DNA from: Candidatus Eiseniibacteriota bacterium
GTDB lineage: Bacteria; Eisenbacteria; RBG-16-71-46; CAIMUX01; VGJL01
Reading direction: 5' to 3'
Length of the DNA stretch: 64,000 bases
Assembly: GCA_041946735.1 (NCBI GenBank)
Contig: JBHGAY010000002.1
Span: forward strand, 32,001-96,000
A model generated the notes under the pieces. It did no database searches and was not told the DNA's origin. It saw nothing but the letters and a program-made list of their open reading frames with translations. Positions 54,272 through 64,000 of the stretch are shown in pieces (the first letter of the stretch is position 1; each line of letters starts with the position of its first letter). A program made the position numbers and the translations under genes.

Positions 54272-57200
54272 CTACTTCAGGATGACCATCTTCTTGTTGG
54301 AGACGTAGGAACCGGCCTTCATCTGGCTCCAGTACACGCCCGATCCGACCTTCTGGCCGGAGTCGTTCGTGCCGTCCCAGGTGATGGCATGGTTGCCGGC
54401 GTCCATCTTGCCGTCGACGAGCGTCTTCACCAGTCGACCGTTGACGTCGTAGATCAAGAGCTCGACCGGGCCGCTGGAGGCCAGGGCGAACTTGATCGTC
54501 GTCCTCGGGTTGAACGGGTTCGGCTCGTTCTGGAAGAGACGGTTGACCAGCACGTTCCCGCCGTTCTCATCCACACCGGTCGGGATGTTGTACGTCCCTT
54601 GGCAGGTCGCGAGCGCCTCGGCGCTCGTCAGCTTCGGGATCGCCCCGTAGCTGGCCACGCCGAAGCCCCACTTCAGAGCCGCGCCGATCTCGGACAGCGA
54701 AGCCTCCACGATGGACGGCGCATCCGTCGGGCAGACATCGTTGCCCTGACCGGACGGGTTCCGCTTCGCCATGTGGTGCCAGCTGACGCCGTCGACGACG
54801 GTCCGGTAGTTGCCGCTCGCGTTCGAACGGACCACCTGCTCGTAGAAGGCATCCTTCTGACCGTCCTCGGCATGGTAGCTGCGGTTTCCGATCGCGCCGT
54901 TGGTCGGCGAGTAGACGTTGAAACCGAGCAGCGCGGGGCAGTAGTTCCCCCACGCGTCGATATCGAGGTCGGTACCGAACGCGCCACCCTGCACCGGCAT
55001 CAGCCGGACGCAGTACGAGGTGTTCTCCGGGCTGCAATCCGGGTCTGACGAGACGCCGTTGAAAGCGTCGCAGAACAGGATCGCACCGAGCGTGTTGGTC
55101 ATGAACGGCTGACCGTAGAGAGGCCAGTTCTCCAGCATCTCGCCGATCTTGTCTCCGTTCATCACCATCACCTGACGGTTGGTGTTCGCGTTGCAGTCCG
55201 GAGTGACGAGCCACTGATCGAAGAGCTGGAAGTCGACTTCGTCCATAGCACCCGAGCTGTAGGCGCCCGTGTTCACGAGGATCGCCTGGTAGCCGAGCAG
55301 CTGGTTGACGGTCATTCCGGCGTTGCTGCCAGGAATCGGTCCGCGCGCGAACGGGACCTTCCAGTTGGAGGAGCCGTCGAGGTAGTCGTAGCGGTCCCAG
55401 TTCCGGTCACGCGGGATCACGCACCCGTCCTCCTCGAAGCACGGGTCATACCCGTTGAGGACCGTACGGAGAGCGTTCTCGATGTAGAACTGGGCGCCGG
55501 AGTTGATCACGTCGATGTAGAGAGTGGCCGGCTGGTACGCGCAGTAGTTGAATCCTGCGCCTCCGCAGTTCGGCACGTACGCGTCCCGCACGCCCGGCAG
55601 GACCTCGAACTCCAAGAAGAACGAGCCCGTCGTGTCCGGGTAGTAGTACAGGACGTTCGGGGTGTTCGTGTAGTTCGAGGTGATGAAGTACTCGATCTGG
55701 GTCCCCGGATAGAGGATGTCGTCCCAGATCATTTCGGTCTCCGCGTTACCCTCTCCCACGAAGTCGTCGTCGTTCTCGCGGAAGTTCGAGAGGAACGTGT
55801 TCCTCGTCGGAACGGAGCCGACCTGCATCGAGTCCATCCAGCCGAAGGTGAACTGCGGCTTGTAGGGCCGGTCGATCAGCTTGCCGTCGGCGACGCGATC
55901 CTTCCACGTCTTGTAGCGGCTGGTGACGCCGTTCTCCTTGTCGGCCTGGAAGGCGCCGCGGCGAGCGACGCGCCACCACATCCGGGCCTCCCAGCGCTTG
56001 TTGGGGTCGTTGCCCGGGTTCGGGCCGGCCACGACGAGGCTGTCACCCGCCTTGTCGGTCTCTTCCATGTTCTGCATGTTCTTGTCCGTCGCGATGTTCG
56101 CCGGACCAGGAGCGCGAACGTTGAAGAGGTTCGACGGGTAGCTGCCGACATCCTGGAAGCGAGTCCCGTTATTGAAGCTGATGATCGGGGCGTTCACCGC
56201 CGCCTCGGTCACGCCGACCGCCAGGTTGTCGAGGAGCGGCGTATAGTTCGTGATCCCCGTGCAGTTGGTGATCGCGAACGCGGCGCAGTCCGATTGCAGC
56301 TCGTACAGCATCTTGACGTAGCGAGCGTTGGCGGGGACCGGCTCGCCGGCGGTCTCGAGCGTGGTGCCGCCGTAGCGGGACGTCGCGCAGACCGGGTCGG
56401 CGCCGACGTAGTACCACGTGTCGATTCCGATTCGGTCCGACCACCGGACCGCTCCGGTCACCTCACAGACGGAGGGGTAGTATCTCCAGCCTGGCCGGTA
56501 CAGCACGCCGTTCTCGACCGGCAGCTCCGAGTACTGGTCGAATTCCATGAAGATCGTCTTGAGGTTCTCGTTCCCCGTATCGATGATCGGGCTTTCGAGC
56601 ATGATGAGCTGGCCGACCGGGTGCTCGCCCGCGTCCCCCTGTCCGGAGTGCATCTCGAGGACGTTGCCCTCGAGCTTGCAGGCGCACGGATCGAGGATCG
56701 TGTAGGCGCTGACGTCCACGATGTTGACGTAGTCGCCGACCGGGGAGCAGAGCGTCGGGGTCCAGGTGCCGAGACCCGACTCGAAGTTGTAGGTCTGGTT
56801 GATTCCGCCGCCGTTGATCGTGACGTCGTCCGCGCCGAACGGACCCCAGACGGTCGGGTAGGAGCAGTCCTCATCCGACCAGCCGCCGTCGGAGATGAAC
56901 TCGAAGACGATCTTGATGTTCTGGGCGGCGCCGATCTCCGCCTGCGTGATGTTGCGGGTGAAGGTCAGCGGAGCGGAGTACGAACCCAGCGAGTCGGTGA
57001 ACCCGTGGTCCAGCTCCCAGTCCGGGTTGGCGGCGCACTCACCGGCAGGATACGGGTTGAGGAGCAGCTCCTCGTTGTTCTGCCGGCGCATGTACACCTG
57101 GGTTCCGTCGTAGCAGGGCTCGGTGTTGTTGAAGTACTTGAAGCTCAGCGTGACCGTCCCCGAGCCGTTGTAGGCCAGGGGCGCAGACTCCACGCGCTGG

Positions 57201-57691
57201 CACCAGGTGTTGCCGTAGCCGGCTCCGCACGGCCAGCAGAGCGCATCCGCCTGCGGCTTGTCGGCGCCGACCCAGAGGCTGCGGGTGCCGGCGATGATCG
57301 GGGCCGGAACGCCGAGACCCAGGTTCAGGCTCGCGTCGATGGCCTTGAAGTAGGTCGCGATGTTGGCCGTCTCGTCACGAACCGCCCAGCCTTCTCCGTT
57401 CTCGATGACGTTCGGATCGCCGAAAGGACCGTTGCCGCGATCGAACGTCCACATGACCGACTCTTTGCTCAGGCTGGACCTCGCATAGTACTGGCCGCCG
57501 ATGATCTGGAAGTCGCCGTACCACGTGGTGTCGGCGCGCAGCACATCGGTGACGCGCACCGGGATGTCGCTGCCCTGATCAGCAGGCGTCAGCCAGCGGC
57601 TTGCCGGAAGCGTGCCTTCCGTCGATACCGCGAATGCCGACACCGCCGTCAGGAGCAGGAGCCCGGCAAGGATGGGAAGAGTAACCCTCAT
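54272..57691 (-). CDS. large Cys-rich secreted protein with FlgD/T9SS-like CTD
   Basis: Signal peptide; GYGN.W..E..YD..F.SDG.WSD jelly-roll-like motifs; QNEPNPFNPRTTI...WDG...SGVY...KMVILK. Confidence 0.85.
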   Translation of the reverse strand: MRVTLPILAGLLLLTAVSAFAVSTEGTLPASRWLTPADQGSDIPVRVTDVLRADTTWYGDFQIIGGQYYARSSLSKESVMWTFDRGNGPFGDPNVIENGEGWAVRDETANIATYFKAIDASLNLGLGVPAPIIAGTRSLWVGADKPQADALCWPCGAGYGNTWCQRVESAPLAYNGSGTVTLSFKYFNNTEPCYDGTQVYMRRQNNEELLLNPYPAGECAANPDWELDHGFTDSLGSYSAPLTFTRNITQAEIGAAQNIKIVFEFISDGGWSDEDCSYPTVWGPFGADDVTINGGGINQTYNFESGLGTWTPTLCSPVGDYVNIVDVSAYTILDPCACKLEGNVLEMHSGQGDAGEHPVGQLIMLESPIIDTGNENLKTIFMEFDQYSELPVENGVLYRPGWRYYPSVCEVTGAVRWSDRIGIDTWYYVGADPVCATSRYGGTTLETAGEPVPANARYVKMLYELQSDCAAFAITNCTGITNYTPLLDNLAVGVTEAAVNAPIISFNNGTRFQDVGSYPSNLFNVRAPGPANIATDKNMQNMEETDKAGDSLVVAGPNPGNDPNKRWEARMWWRVARRGAFQADKENGVTSRYKTWKDRVADGKLIDRPYKPQFTFGWMDSMQVGSVPTRNTFLSNFRENDDDFVGEGNAETEMIWDDILYPGTQIEYFITSNYTNTPNVLYYYPDTTGSFFLEFEVLPGVRDAYVPNCGGAGFNYCAYQPATLYIDVINSGAQFYIENALRTVLNGYDPCFEEDGCVIPRDRNWDRYDYLDGSSNWKVPFARGPIPGSNAGMTVNQLLGYQAILVNTGAYSSGAMDEVDFQLFDQWLVTPDCNANTNRQVMVMNGDKIGEMLENWPLYGQPFMTNTLGAILFCDAFNGVSSDPDCSPENTSYCVRLMPVQGGAFGTDLDIDAWGNYCPALLGFNVYSPTNGAIGNRSYHAEDGQKDAFYEQVVRSNASGNYRTVVDGVSWHHMAKRNPSGQGNDVCPTDAPSIVEASLSEIGAALKWGFGVASYGAIPKLTSAEALATCQGTYNIPTGVDENGGNVLVNRLFQNEPNPFNPRTTIKFALASSGPVELLIYDVNGRLVKTLVDGKMDAGNHAITWDGTNDSGQKVGSGVYWSQMKAGSYVSNKKMVILK

Positions 57692-58126
57692 GATCGATGC
57701 CTCCGTCTCTCCTTGGGTCGACTACGGAGGAAGCTCGGCCTCTCGCTGCAGCAGAGAGTGAGCCCTCCGCAAACTACGCCCTAGATTCTCTCGGCTGGGT
57801 CAGGGGATCCGGGGATCGTCCGTCCGCCGGTAGGGGAGGGACACCGGAGCCCAGGCTCTCCCTGCTCCGTCCGTCAAAGGACTTCGCATCACCTCCCCGG
57901 AGTCAACCGGCGGACCTGTGGAGAACAGGCTCCGCATGATTGACGGCAACGGACCCCAAGCGCCACGCGGACGGCTCCGCCAAGCGGTCCGCCGTTCGCA
58001 GTCTTCGTTCGCTCCGCGGTTTGCGACTCCCACAGGGAGTTCCGCACGCGAAGGGGGGACCCTGTGCACCTAGAAGTCAGATCCGCGATGCTTACGAGCA
58101 CAGTCCGGTAGGTCAGCCTGTGGGGA

Positions 58127-58155
58127 AGTATAGGAACGGCCCAGGAGGGAGTCAA
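58127..58155 (-). promoter_or_regulatory. near-consensus sigma70 promoter giving a ~430-nt leader
   Basis: TTGACT-N17-TATACT. Confidence 0.7.
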
Positions 58156-58231
58156 TAGACCAAGATCCTTGGGCTTTTCGGATTGTTCCTCTTTCGATGT
58201 CTTTCGGTGCTTCGGCCGTCTCCGGGAGCCT

Positions 58232-59434
58232 CTAGGCGTCTCTCGGCGCCGCCTCGAGCGCCGCACGCTCGACGACCCAGAAAGGCACCTGATGACGTTC
58301 GGCGGCTGCCCGGACATCCTCGAACTCGACCATCGGCCGCGGAATCCCCCCAGGCCGGCTCCACTTGATCCGAATGTCCCCAAAGGGAGTCGCGACCGGC
58401 TCGATCCGCCGGAGCAGCTCCCGCCGTTCCTCGCGGCGCATCCGCAGCCCCAGACTGGTCGTTTCGCGGAGCAGGCAGGCGGCGAGGTTCTCCTCGTCCT
58501 CCGGCCGGCAGAGAACGGTCAGGAGCACCCCTTGCCGGCCTTTCTTCATCGCTACGGCCGTCCGGAAGACCTCGAGGGCCCCCGCCTCCTCGAGCCGGCG
58601 GACCGCCTCCGCGATCTGCCTTGGCTCCTGATCGTCGACGTTCGCTTCGAGGATCGACACGAACCCCGCCTCGATCTCCGCTTCGCGGTTCTCACCCTTG
58701 CTCGCCGAAGAGTCTCCTTTCACGGAACGTCCAAGGAGCAGCCGTACAATGTTCGGTCTCCCCTCGAGCTTCCGCGTTCCCGCACCGATCCCGACCCTCT
58801 CGAGGACGATCGAAGGGGGAGGCCCGAAGGAGTGCACCAGCCCGCCGAGAATCAGCGCGCCTGTCGGTGTGAGCCACTCCCCCTCGAACGGAAGCCAGCG
58901 GAGCGGCAGGCCCTCGAGGAGGTGCAGAGTGGCCGGGGCGGGCAAGGGCAGGAGGCCGTGATCGGTCTGCATCTCCCCGCGGCTGACCGGAACCGGCCCG
59001 CTGGCCAGCCGGTCGATCCCGAGCGCCTCGAGGCCGGCGACGGCGAGGACGATGTCCGCGATCGAGTCGATCGCCCCCAGCTCATGGAAGTGGACCCGGT
59101 CGGGCACCGTGCCGTGGACGCGCGCCTCCGCCTCGCCAAGCCTCTCGAACAGAGAGAGGCTCCTCGCCTTGACCGTAGCGGGGAGCCGGGAGCCTTCGAG
59201 AAGCCTCCGGATCTCCACGAGCGACCGCGCCGGCGGCTCCTCGGCCGCTTCGACCCGGATGCCAAGCCCCACGATCCCCTGGTGCGTCCGACGCTCGACA
59301 GTCACGCGGATCTCGGGCGCCCCGATCGCCTCGATGGCGCCGCGCATCGCCTCCTCGGGCCAGCCGGCGTCAAGGAGCGCGCCGACCATCATGTCGCCGG
59401 CGAGGCCGACGGTGAGATCGAGATAGGCCTGCAT
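58232..59434 (-). CDS. larC: nickel pincer cofactor biosynthesis protein LarC
   Basis: G..GDMMVGALLD.G, AEARVHG, VHFHELGA.DS, TPTGA, MKKGR.G and EFED motifs. Confidence 0.92.
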   Translation of the reverse strand: MQAYLDLTVGLAGDMMVGALLDAGWPEEAMRGAIEAIGAPEIRVTVERRTHQGIVGLGIRVEAAEEPPARSLVEIRRLLEGSRLPATVKARSLSLFERLGEAEARVHGTVPDRVHFHELGAIDSIADIVLAVAGLEALGIDRLASGPVPVSRGEMQTDHGLLPLPAPATLHLLEGLPLRWLPFEGEWLTPTGALILGGLVHSFGPPPSIVLERVGIGAGTRKLEGRPNIVRLLLGRSVKGDSSASKGENREAEIEAGFVSILEANVDDQEPRQIAEAVRRLEEAGALEVFRTAVAMKKGRQGVLLTVLCRPEDEENLAACLLRETTSLGLRMRREERRELLRRIEPVATPFGDIRIKWSRPGGIPRPMVEFEDVRAAAERHQVPFWVVERAALEAAPRDA

Positions 59435-59462
59435 GAACGATCCTCCTCCCTGGTGTCCCCAC

Positions 59463-59530
59463 GGGGCTCTCCCGCGGCTGTCCCGCGGCTGTTCTGCGCT
59501 GTTCCGGGGCTGTTCCGGGGCTCCTCGGGC
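59463..59530. repeat. intergenic 10-11 bp tandem repeat (GCTGTTCCGGG-like)
   Basis: gctctcccgcg gctgtcccgcg gctgttctgc gctgttccggg gctgttccggg. Confidence 0.7.
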
Positions 59531-59577
59531 GACGGCTCAGGATCGGGGATCTTCGTGTCGGGGGGAAGAGAGGAGAG

Positions 59578-60225
59578 TCAGGAGGACGAGAGGAGAGCCG
59601 TCGCGTCGGCGCGGATCGCTTCCGCGAGGGCATCGACCGGCAGAGTCCCATCCAGGACGTGAACTCGTTCCGGCTCCCGGCCGGCGATCGTCAGGTAGGC
59701 GCGCCGCACCCTTCGGTGAAACTCGATCGCCTCGCTTTCCAGGCGGTCCGGCGCGCCGCCACGCGACCGCACCCGCAGGGCTCCGTCCTCAGGCGCCAGA
59801 TCGATGAGCCAGGTCCGCTCGGGCTTCAGTCCGCCCGTCGTCCAGTGGACGAACGAGCGAGTGGCGGCGATGCCGAGCCTTCGTCCGCCCCCTTGATAGG
59901 CGACCGTCGCGTCGCCGAAGCGATCGGCGAGCACTATCGCGCCGCGATCGAGGGCGGGACGGATGACGCGCGAAACGAGCTGCGCGCGCGCGGCAAGGTA
60001 GAGGAACAGCTCCGACCGCGGATCGATCGGCTCGCTCTCCTGGGAGAGGACGATCGCGCGAAGCCGCTCGCCGAGATCGGTCCCGCCCGGCTCGCGTACC
60101 GCGACGACGTCACGCCCGCTCGAGCGAAGCCAGGCGAGGAGGATCTCCGCCTGCGTCGTCTTGCCCGCCCCCTCGACCCCTTCGAGCGTCCAGAACCGCC
60201 CGCGCGCGCCTCGCTCCACGTTCAT
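59578..60225 (-). CDS. tmk: thymidylate kinase
   Basis: EGVEGAGKTTQ, REPGGT and DRF...VAYQG motifs. Confidence 0.95.
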   Translation of the reverse strand: MNVERGARGRFWTLEGVEGAGKTTQAEILLAWLRSSGRDVVAVREPGGTDLGERLRAIVLSQESEPIDPRSELFLYLAARAQLVSRVIRPALDRGAIVLADRFGDATVAYQGGGRRLGIAATRSFVHWTTGGLKPERTWLIDLAPEDGALRVRSRGGAPDRLESEAIEFHRRVRRAYLTIAGREPERVHVLDGTLPVDALAEAIRADATALLSSS

Positions 60226-60240
60226 CGCCGGCCCGTCCGG

Positions 60241-60846
60241 CTAGCGCGGCGCGCTTCCACGGCGCGCCTCGCGCCGCACGAGGGCGAGCCGTTGGAGGAA
60301 CGTGATGTGACTGCCGAGCGCAAGGGCTCCGAGGACCCAGACGTCGGAACGCGGACCGAGCAGGCAGGCGATCCCGAGAAGCACGAGCCTCTCCGGACGT
60401 TCGAGCAGCCCCACCTCGCAGCGCATTCCGAGGCCCTCGGCGCGCGCCCGCACGTAGGACGTGAGGAACGATCCGGTCAGCGCGAGGGCGAAAAGCCAGA
60501 CGAAGAGGGCCGGCTCCCCGCGCTCGATGCCGGAGATCAGGATTCCGGTCAGGATCAGCGCCTCCGCATAGCGGTCGAGCGTGGAGTCGAGCGCCGCGCC
60601 GAAGGGAGTGCCGGTGCCGCCGTGCGCGCGCGCCACGGCGCCATCGAAGAGATCCGCGAGGCTTCCGAGGATCAGGAAGACGAGGCCTCCGATGCGCGAT
60701 CCGTGAGCGAGCAGCAGTCCGCTTGCGGCGGCGAAGGCGAAGCCGGCGAGGGTCACCGCGTTCGCCGAGACGCCGATCCTCGCGAGCGCGACGCCCACCG
60801 GACGGGCGAGGGCGCGCACCCTTCCCTTCATCGGATCACTCGGCAC
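60241..60846 (-). CDS. CDP-alcohol phosphatidyltransferase (PgsA/PIP-synthase-like)
   Basis: DLFDGAVAR...GAALDSTLDR, SYVRARAEG and ERPER motifs. Confidence 0.88.
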   Translation of the reverse strand: MPSDPMKGRVRALARPVGVALARIGVSANAVTLAGFAFAAASGLLLAHGSRIGGLVFLILGSLADLFDGAVARAHGGTGTPFGAALDSTLDRYAEALILTGILISGIERGEPALFVWLFALALTGSFLTSYVRARAEGLGMRCEVGLLERPERLVLLGIACLLGPRSDVWVLGALALGSHITFLQRLALVRREARRGSAPR

Positions 60847-61648
60847 GACTGTCCTCCGATCCGCTCTCCCCTGATCCGCTCTCCCCTGATCGACCTTCCT
60901 CCGCTCGGGCTGCGAGGACGATCGTGAACTCCCCCTTGCGCGGCCGCTCGAGAAGCTCCTCATGGAGCGCGGCCGCCGTTCCGCGCAGCACCTCCTCGAA
61001 GCGCTTCGTCATTTCGCGGCAGAGCGCGAGCGTGCGCTCCGGCTCGAGAGCGGCGAGAGCGGCGAGGGTCTTCTCGATCCGGTGCGGCGTCTCGAACAGG
61101 ACGATCGTGCGGGGAGAATCGAGCGCCGCCTCGAGGAATCTCCGGCGCCCTCCTTCCCGCGGAGGGACGTAGCCCGCGAAGCAGAACTGCTCCGAAGGCA
61201 TCCCGCTTGCGAGCAGCGCGGCGAGGACCGCGGACGCGCCCGGCACCACCTCCACGCGAATACCGGCGCGGCGCGCCTCCCGCGCGAGCAGGAAGCCCGG
61301 GTCGGAAATGCCCGGAGTCCCCGCGTCGGTGACCAGCGCTCCACGCTCGCCGCTTCGGAGGCGGTCGACCAGCTCGGCCGCGTTGCGATGCTCGCTGTGG
61401 GCGTGGTGAGAGATGAGGGGCTTGCGGATGCGATGGTGATCGAGCAGGATGCGCGTCCTCCGGGTGTCCTCGGCCGCGATCCAGTCGACCTCGCCCAGGA
61501 CGCGGAGGGCACGAAGCGTGATGTCCTCCAGGTTTCCGATCGGTGTCGCGACCAGATAGAGGATTCCGGGGCTCCGATCGGACCCGGAATCACCGCCGGG
61601 GGCGATCCGGTGAGCGGTCCCCGCTTTTCCGACCGGCTCTCGCTTCAC
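60836..61648 (-). CDS. rsmI: 16S rRNA C1402 2'-O-methyltransferase
   Basis: LYLVATPIGNLEDIT, AEDTR, DAGTPGISDPG and REMTK.FEE motifs. Confidence 0.96.
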   Translation of the reverse strand: MKREPVGKAGTAHRIAPGGDSGSDRSPGILYLVATPIGNLEDITLRALRVLGEVDWIAAEDTRRTRILLDHHRIRKPLISHHAHSEHRNAAELVDRLRSGERGALVTDAGTPGISDPGFLLAREARRAGIRVEVVPGASAVLAALLASGMPSEQFCFAGYVPPREGGRRRFLEAALDSPRTIVLFETPHRIEKTLAALAALEPERTLALCREMTKRFEEVLRGTAAALHEELLERPRKGEFTIVLAARAEEGRSGESGSGESGSEDSRAE

Positions 61649-61662
61649 CGGTCCGCCGGTCT

Positions 61663-61959
61663 CTAGCTGGTTGCCTGCGCGTCCTCTTTGGCCACGCGGT
61701 CCTTCAGCTCCTTGGACACCTTGAAGACGGGCACCTTCCGCGGAGGAACCTGCACCTGCGCGCCGGTTCTCGGGTTGCGGGCGATACGCGGCCTGCGGTC
61801 CTTCACCTTGAACGTGCCGAAGCCGCGGATCTCGATGTGCTTCCCTTGAACGAGCGCTTTGGAAACCGCTTCGAGGAAGAAGTCGACCGTTTCTGCGACG
61901 TCCTTCTTGGTCTGCCCGGTCTTGTCGGCAATCTCGTCAACAAGGTCGGCCTTCGTCAT
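61663..61959 (-). CDS. HU/IHF family DNA-binding protein
   Basis: MTKADLV, IEIRGFGTF and ARNPRTG motifs. Confidence 0.95.
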   Translation of the reverse strand: MTKADLVDEIADKTGQTKKDVAETVDFFLEAVSKALVQGKHIEIRGFGTFKVKDRRPRIARNPRTGAQVQVPPRKVPVFKVSKELKDRVAKEDAQATS

Positions 61960-62054
61960 CCTGATACCCCTCCTTCGGAGTTCGGCCGGCGATCGGCACG
62001 GCAGCTTGAGAGCCTCTCGCAGACGGACCAACTTGCGTAATCGCAAGCGGGTAC

Positions 62055-62083
62055 ACGCTAACAACCACCCGTCGGGGTGTCAA
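62055..62083 (-). promoter_or_regulatory. sigma70-like promoter of the HU gene
   Basis: TTGACA-N17-TAGCGT. Confidence 0.55.
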
Positions 62084-62107
62084 GGCGAAAAAAGGGGCCT
62101 CGTGGGA

Positions 62108-63097
62108 CTAACTCTTCGCCCCTGTAGAGGTTGGCGCGAAGGTCCCGGTTCGGCTTCTGCCCAGGCGGACCGTGACGCTCTCCGGCTCGGTCCGGATCGT
62201 CAACGGAGCGCGCGGGGACACCCCGGGAAGGACAGCCCGCAGCCGTACGCGCACGGCGCCGGCGGCGTGCGGGGGAAGCTCCGCGATGAGCCTCGCCCTT
62301 CGCGGATCGGCCGCCTGGACGACCGACGAGGCGCCGGCAAGAACGATCGTCGCCGAGTCGGGATCGAGGGAGAGCAGGGCCGGCCGCTCCCCCTGCGAGG
62401 GAACCACCTGCACCGGCAGGAAGCGCAAGAAGCGCATCACCTTCTCCCCCGTCTCCACCTGGACGGTCACTGTCTCCCGGTCGAGGGAGAGGCCGCTGGG
62501 CGCGTCGAGATCGACCGTGAAGCTGTGTTCGCCGCCGGCGCGACCGAGATCGATCGGGACGGTTCGAATCGAGTCGACGGCGGCGACCTTCGAGCGGCCT
62601 CCGGTCGCGCGAACACGAGCGGGAGCCGCGACCGGCCTGCGCAGGAGAGCGCGGTCCGTCGGCAGGTACCCCTCGACCCTCACCGCGACCGGCTTCGACT
62701 CGGTGACGACCGGTTCGAGGGTCAAGTGCACGACCTGCGGCTCGAGCACCTCGATGAGCGTCGTCGGAATCGTGCGAGGGATTTCCACGTCGGAGCCGAG
62801 AACGGGGCGCTGCAGCTCGCCGGCCCGCGCCTGTTGGAGACTCAGCTCCACTTCGAACGGCCGCGTGCGCAGCTTGATCAGGTCCTTCCCCGACGCGCGC
62901 ACGCGCACGCGGGCCTTCTCGGGCGGGGAATCGGCGAGGGCGAGGCCGGCCGGAATCTCGGTTATGCGGAGGGGCACCTCATAGACCACCTCGCGGTCCT
63001 GCGTCGAGAGGACGTGCACGTACGCGGCGAGCGCGAGGATCAGCGCCAAGGCTTTCGTTCCCAGGTCCTGAAAGAGAATCGACCGGAGTCCCGACAT
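62108..63097 (-). CDS. YbbR/CdaR-like protein
   Basis: N-terminal TM (KALALILALA) and repeated P..V.V modules. Confidence 0.8.
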   Translation of the reverse strand: MSGLRSILFQDLGTKALALILALAAYVHVLSTQDREVVYEVPLRITEIPAGLALADSPPEKARVRVRASGKDLIKLRTRPFEVELSLQQARAGELQRPVLGSDVEIPRTIPTTLIEVLEPQVVHLTLEPVVTESKPVAVRVEGYLPTDRALLRRPVAAPARVRATGGRSKVAAVDSIRTVPIDLGRAGGEHSFTVDLDAPSGLSLDRETVTVQVETGEKVMRFLRFLPVQVVPSQGERPALLSLDPDSATIVLAGASSVVQAADPRRARLIAELPPHAAGAVRVRLRAVLPGVSPRAPLTIRTEPESVTVRLGRSRTGTFAPTSTGAKS

Positions 63098-63264
63098 CCC
63101 AACCTCGATGCGCGAAGCGACGACCGGCGAGACGGCCCACGGCCCGTGACGGGTCGAGCGTAGAGCGCGCGACCGCCCGGCGCCAGATCGTATCGGATCG
63201 CACCGGCCGCGCGCGCCCGCCCGGGACCGCCCGCGCTCACCTGGGTTCGCCTGCGTCGCGCCGC

Positions 63265-64000
63265 TCAGAACGGGTGTGTGAGCGAGACGTTCAGAATCCA
63301 GAGACGGAAGTCGTCGATCGATCTCTCGTGGAACTCCTCGTCCCACTGGATGAACGCCTCCCCGCGCACCCACGGGATCGGCGCCCACTGCGCAAGCAGC
63401 GTCGTGCGGAGGTAGGTGAAGTCGCTCGACGCGAGGCTCAGGTTCAACCCTTCGAAGACCAGCGATCCGCTCGCGCTCCCATGGTAATCGCGCCGTCCCA
63501 CCTCGACGGTGGCGTCGAACCAGAACCGCTCCGCCCCTTCCTTCGCCAGGCCGAGAAGGCCGCCGAAACTGTCGTAGTCGGCGAGGATCGAGAGGCTGTC
63601 GGCCGACGGCGAGCTCGTGCGCAGGACCTCTCCGCGCGCTCCCGCGCGGAGACGCCAGTCGGGCCCGAGCGCGATCCCGAGCACCGGGTCGTTCGAGGCG
63701 CCGAGAGTGATGTCGGTGCCGGCCTGCCCTTCCCAACGCCAATAGTCGACGAATGCGCTCGCCGAGTCGCCGCCTCGATAGTCCTCGCGCTCCCATCGCT
63801 GATCGACGTAGGGGCGCAGGCGCGAGCCGATCGACCTTTCGAAGCGCCCCTCCAGTCCCGCCGTCCGCGACGATGGAATGCCGATCTCCGGATGCTCGTA
63901 CTCCCGATCCTCGAGACGGACCGTGAGATCGATCCGCCCCCGCGAGCCCACCGCGCCTTCGGCCGACAGCTCGCCGAGGCGCGAGTCGTAAGAAGCGGCC
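63265..64000 (-). CDS. putative outer-membrane beta-barrel protein, C-terminal part (5' truncated by window)
   Basis: Alternating beta strands and a terminal Phe (SLTHPF). Confidence 0.55.
   Translation of the reverse strand, partial: AASYDSRLGELSAEGAVGSRGRIDLTVRLEDREYEHPEIGIPSSRTAGLEGRFERSIGSRLRPYVDQRWEREDYRGGDSASAFVDYWRWEGQAGTDITLGASNDPVLGIALGPDWRLRAGARGEVLRTSSPSADSLSILADYDSFGGLLGLAKEGAERFWFDATVEVGRRDYHGSASGSLVFEGLNLSLASSDFTYLRTTLLAQWAPIPWVRGEAFIQWDEEFHERSIDDFRLWILNVSLTHPF

Overview
High-GC bacterial chromosome segment. Several secreted proteins have FlgD/T9SS-like C-terminal domains and one ends in TWGxxxxxYR, which suggests Candidatus Eisenbacteria or a related lineage; this is inference only. 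Left end: a citrate lyase operon (citC-D-[PPC]-E-F-X-G). The main accessory element is an integrase-less ~5.1 kb islet at the 3' end of the tmRNA gene (ssrA), with two extra copies of the ssrA 3' end at 4742-4760 and 9652-9666. It carries a HEPN-motif protein, an HTH-less ImmA/IrrE metallopeptidase, a PIN-like protein, a P4-beta-family protein and a convergent Sce7726-type nuclease, and is the best candidate for an undescribed anti-phage or toxin-antitoxin system. The rest is mostly core genome: ssrA, five tRNAs, ssb, smpB-(pseudo-amidase)-GerMN-murI-rph-rdgB, arcC, an aminotransferase, a GIY-YIG protein, cobB, ppdK, larC, tmk, rsmI, HU and a YbbR protein. There are also several secreted or surface-protein loci with GT39-type glycosyltransferases, and a ~430-nt leader that may switch between two structures over an RBS. 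All family calls come from reading motifs by eye; no database search was run.
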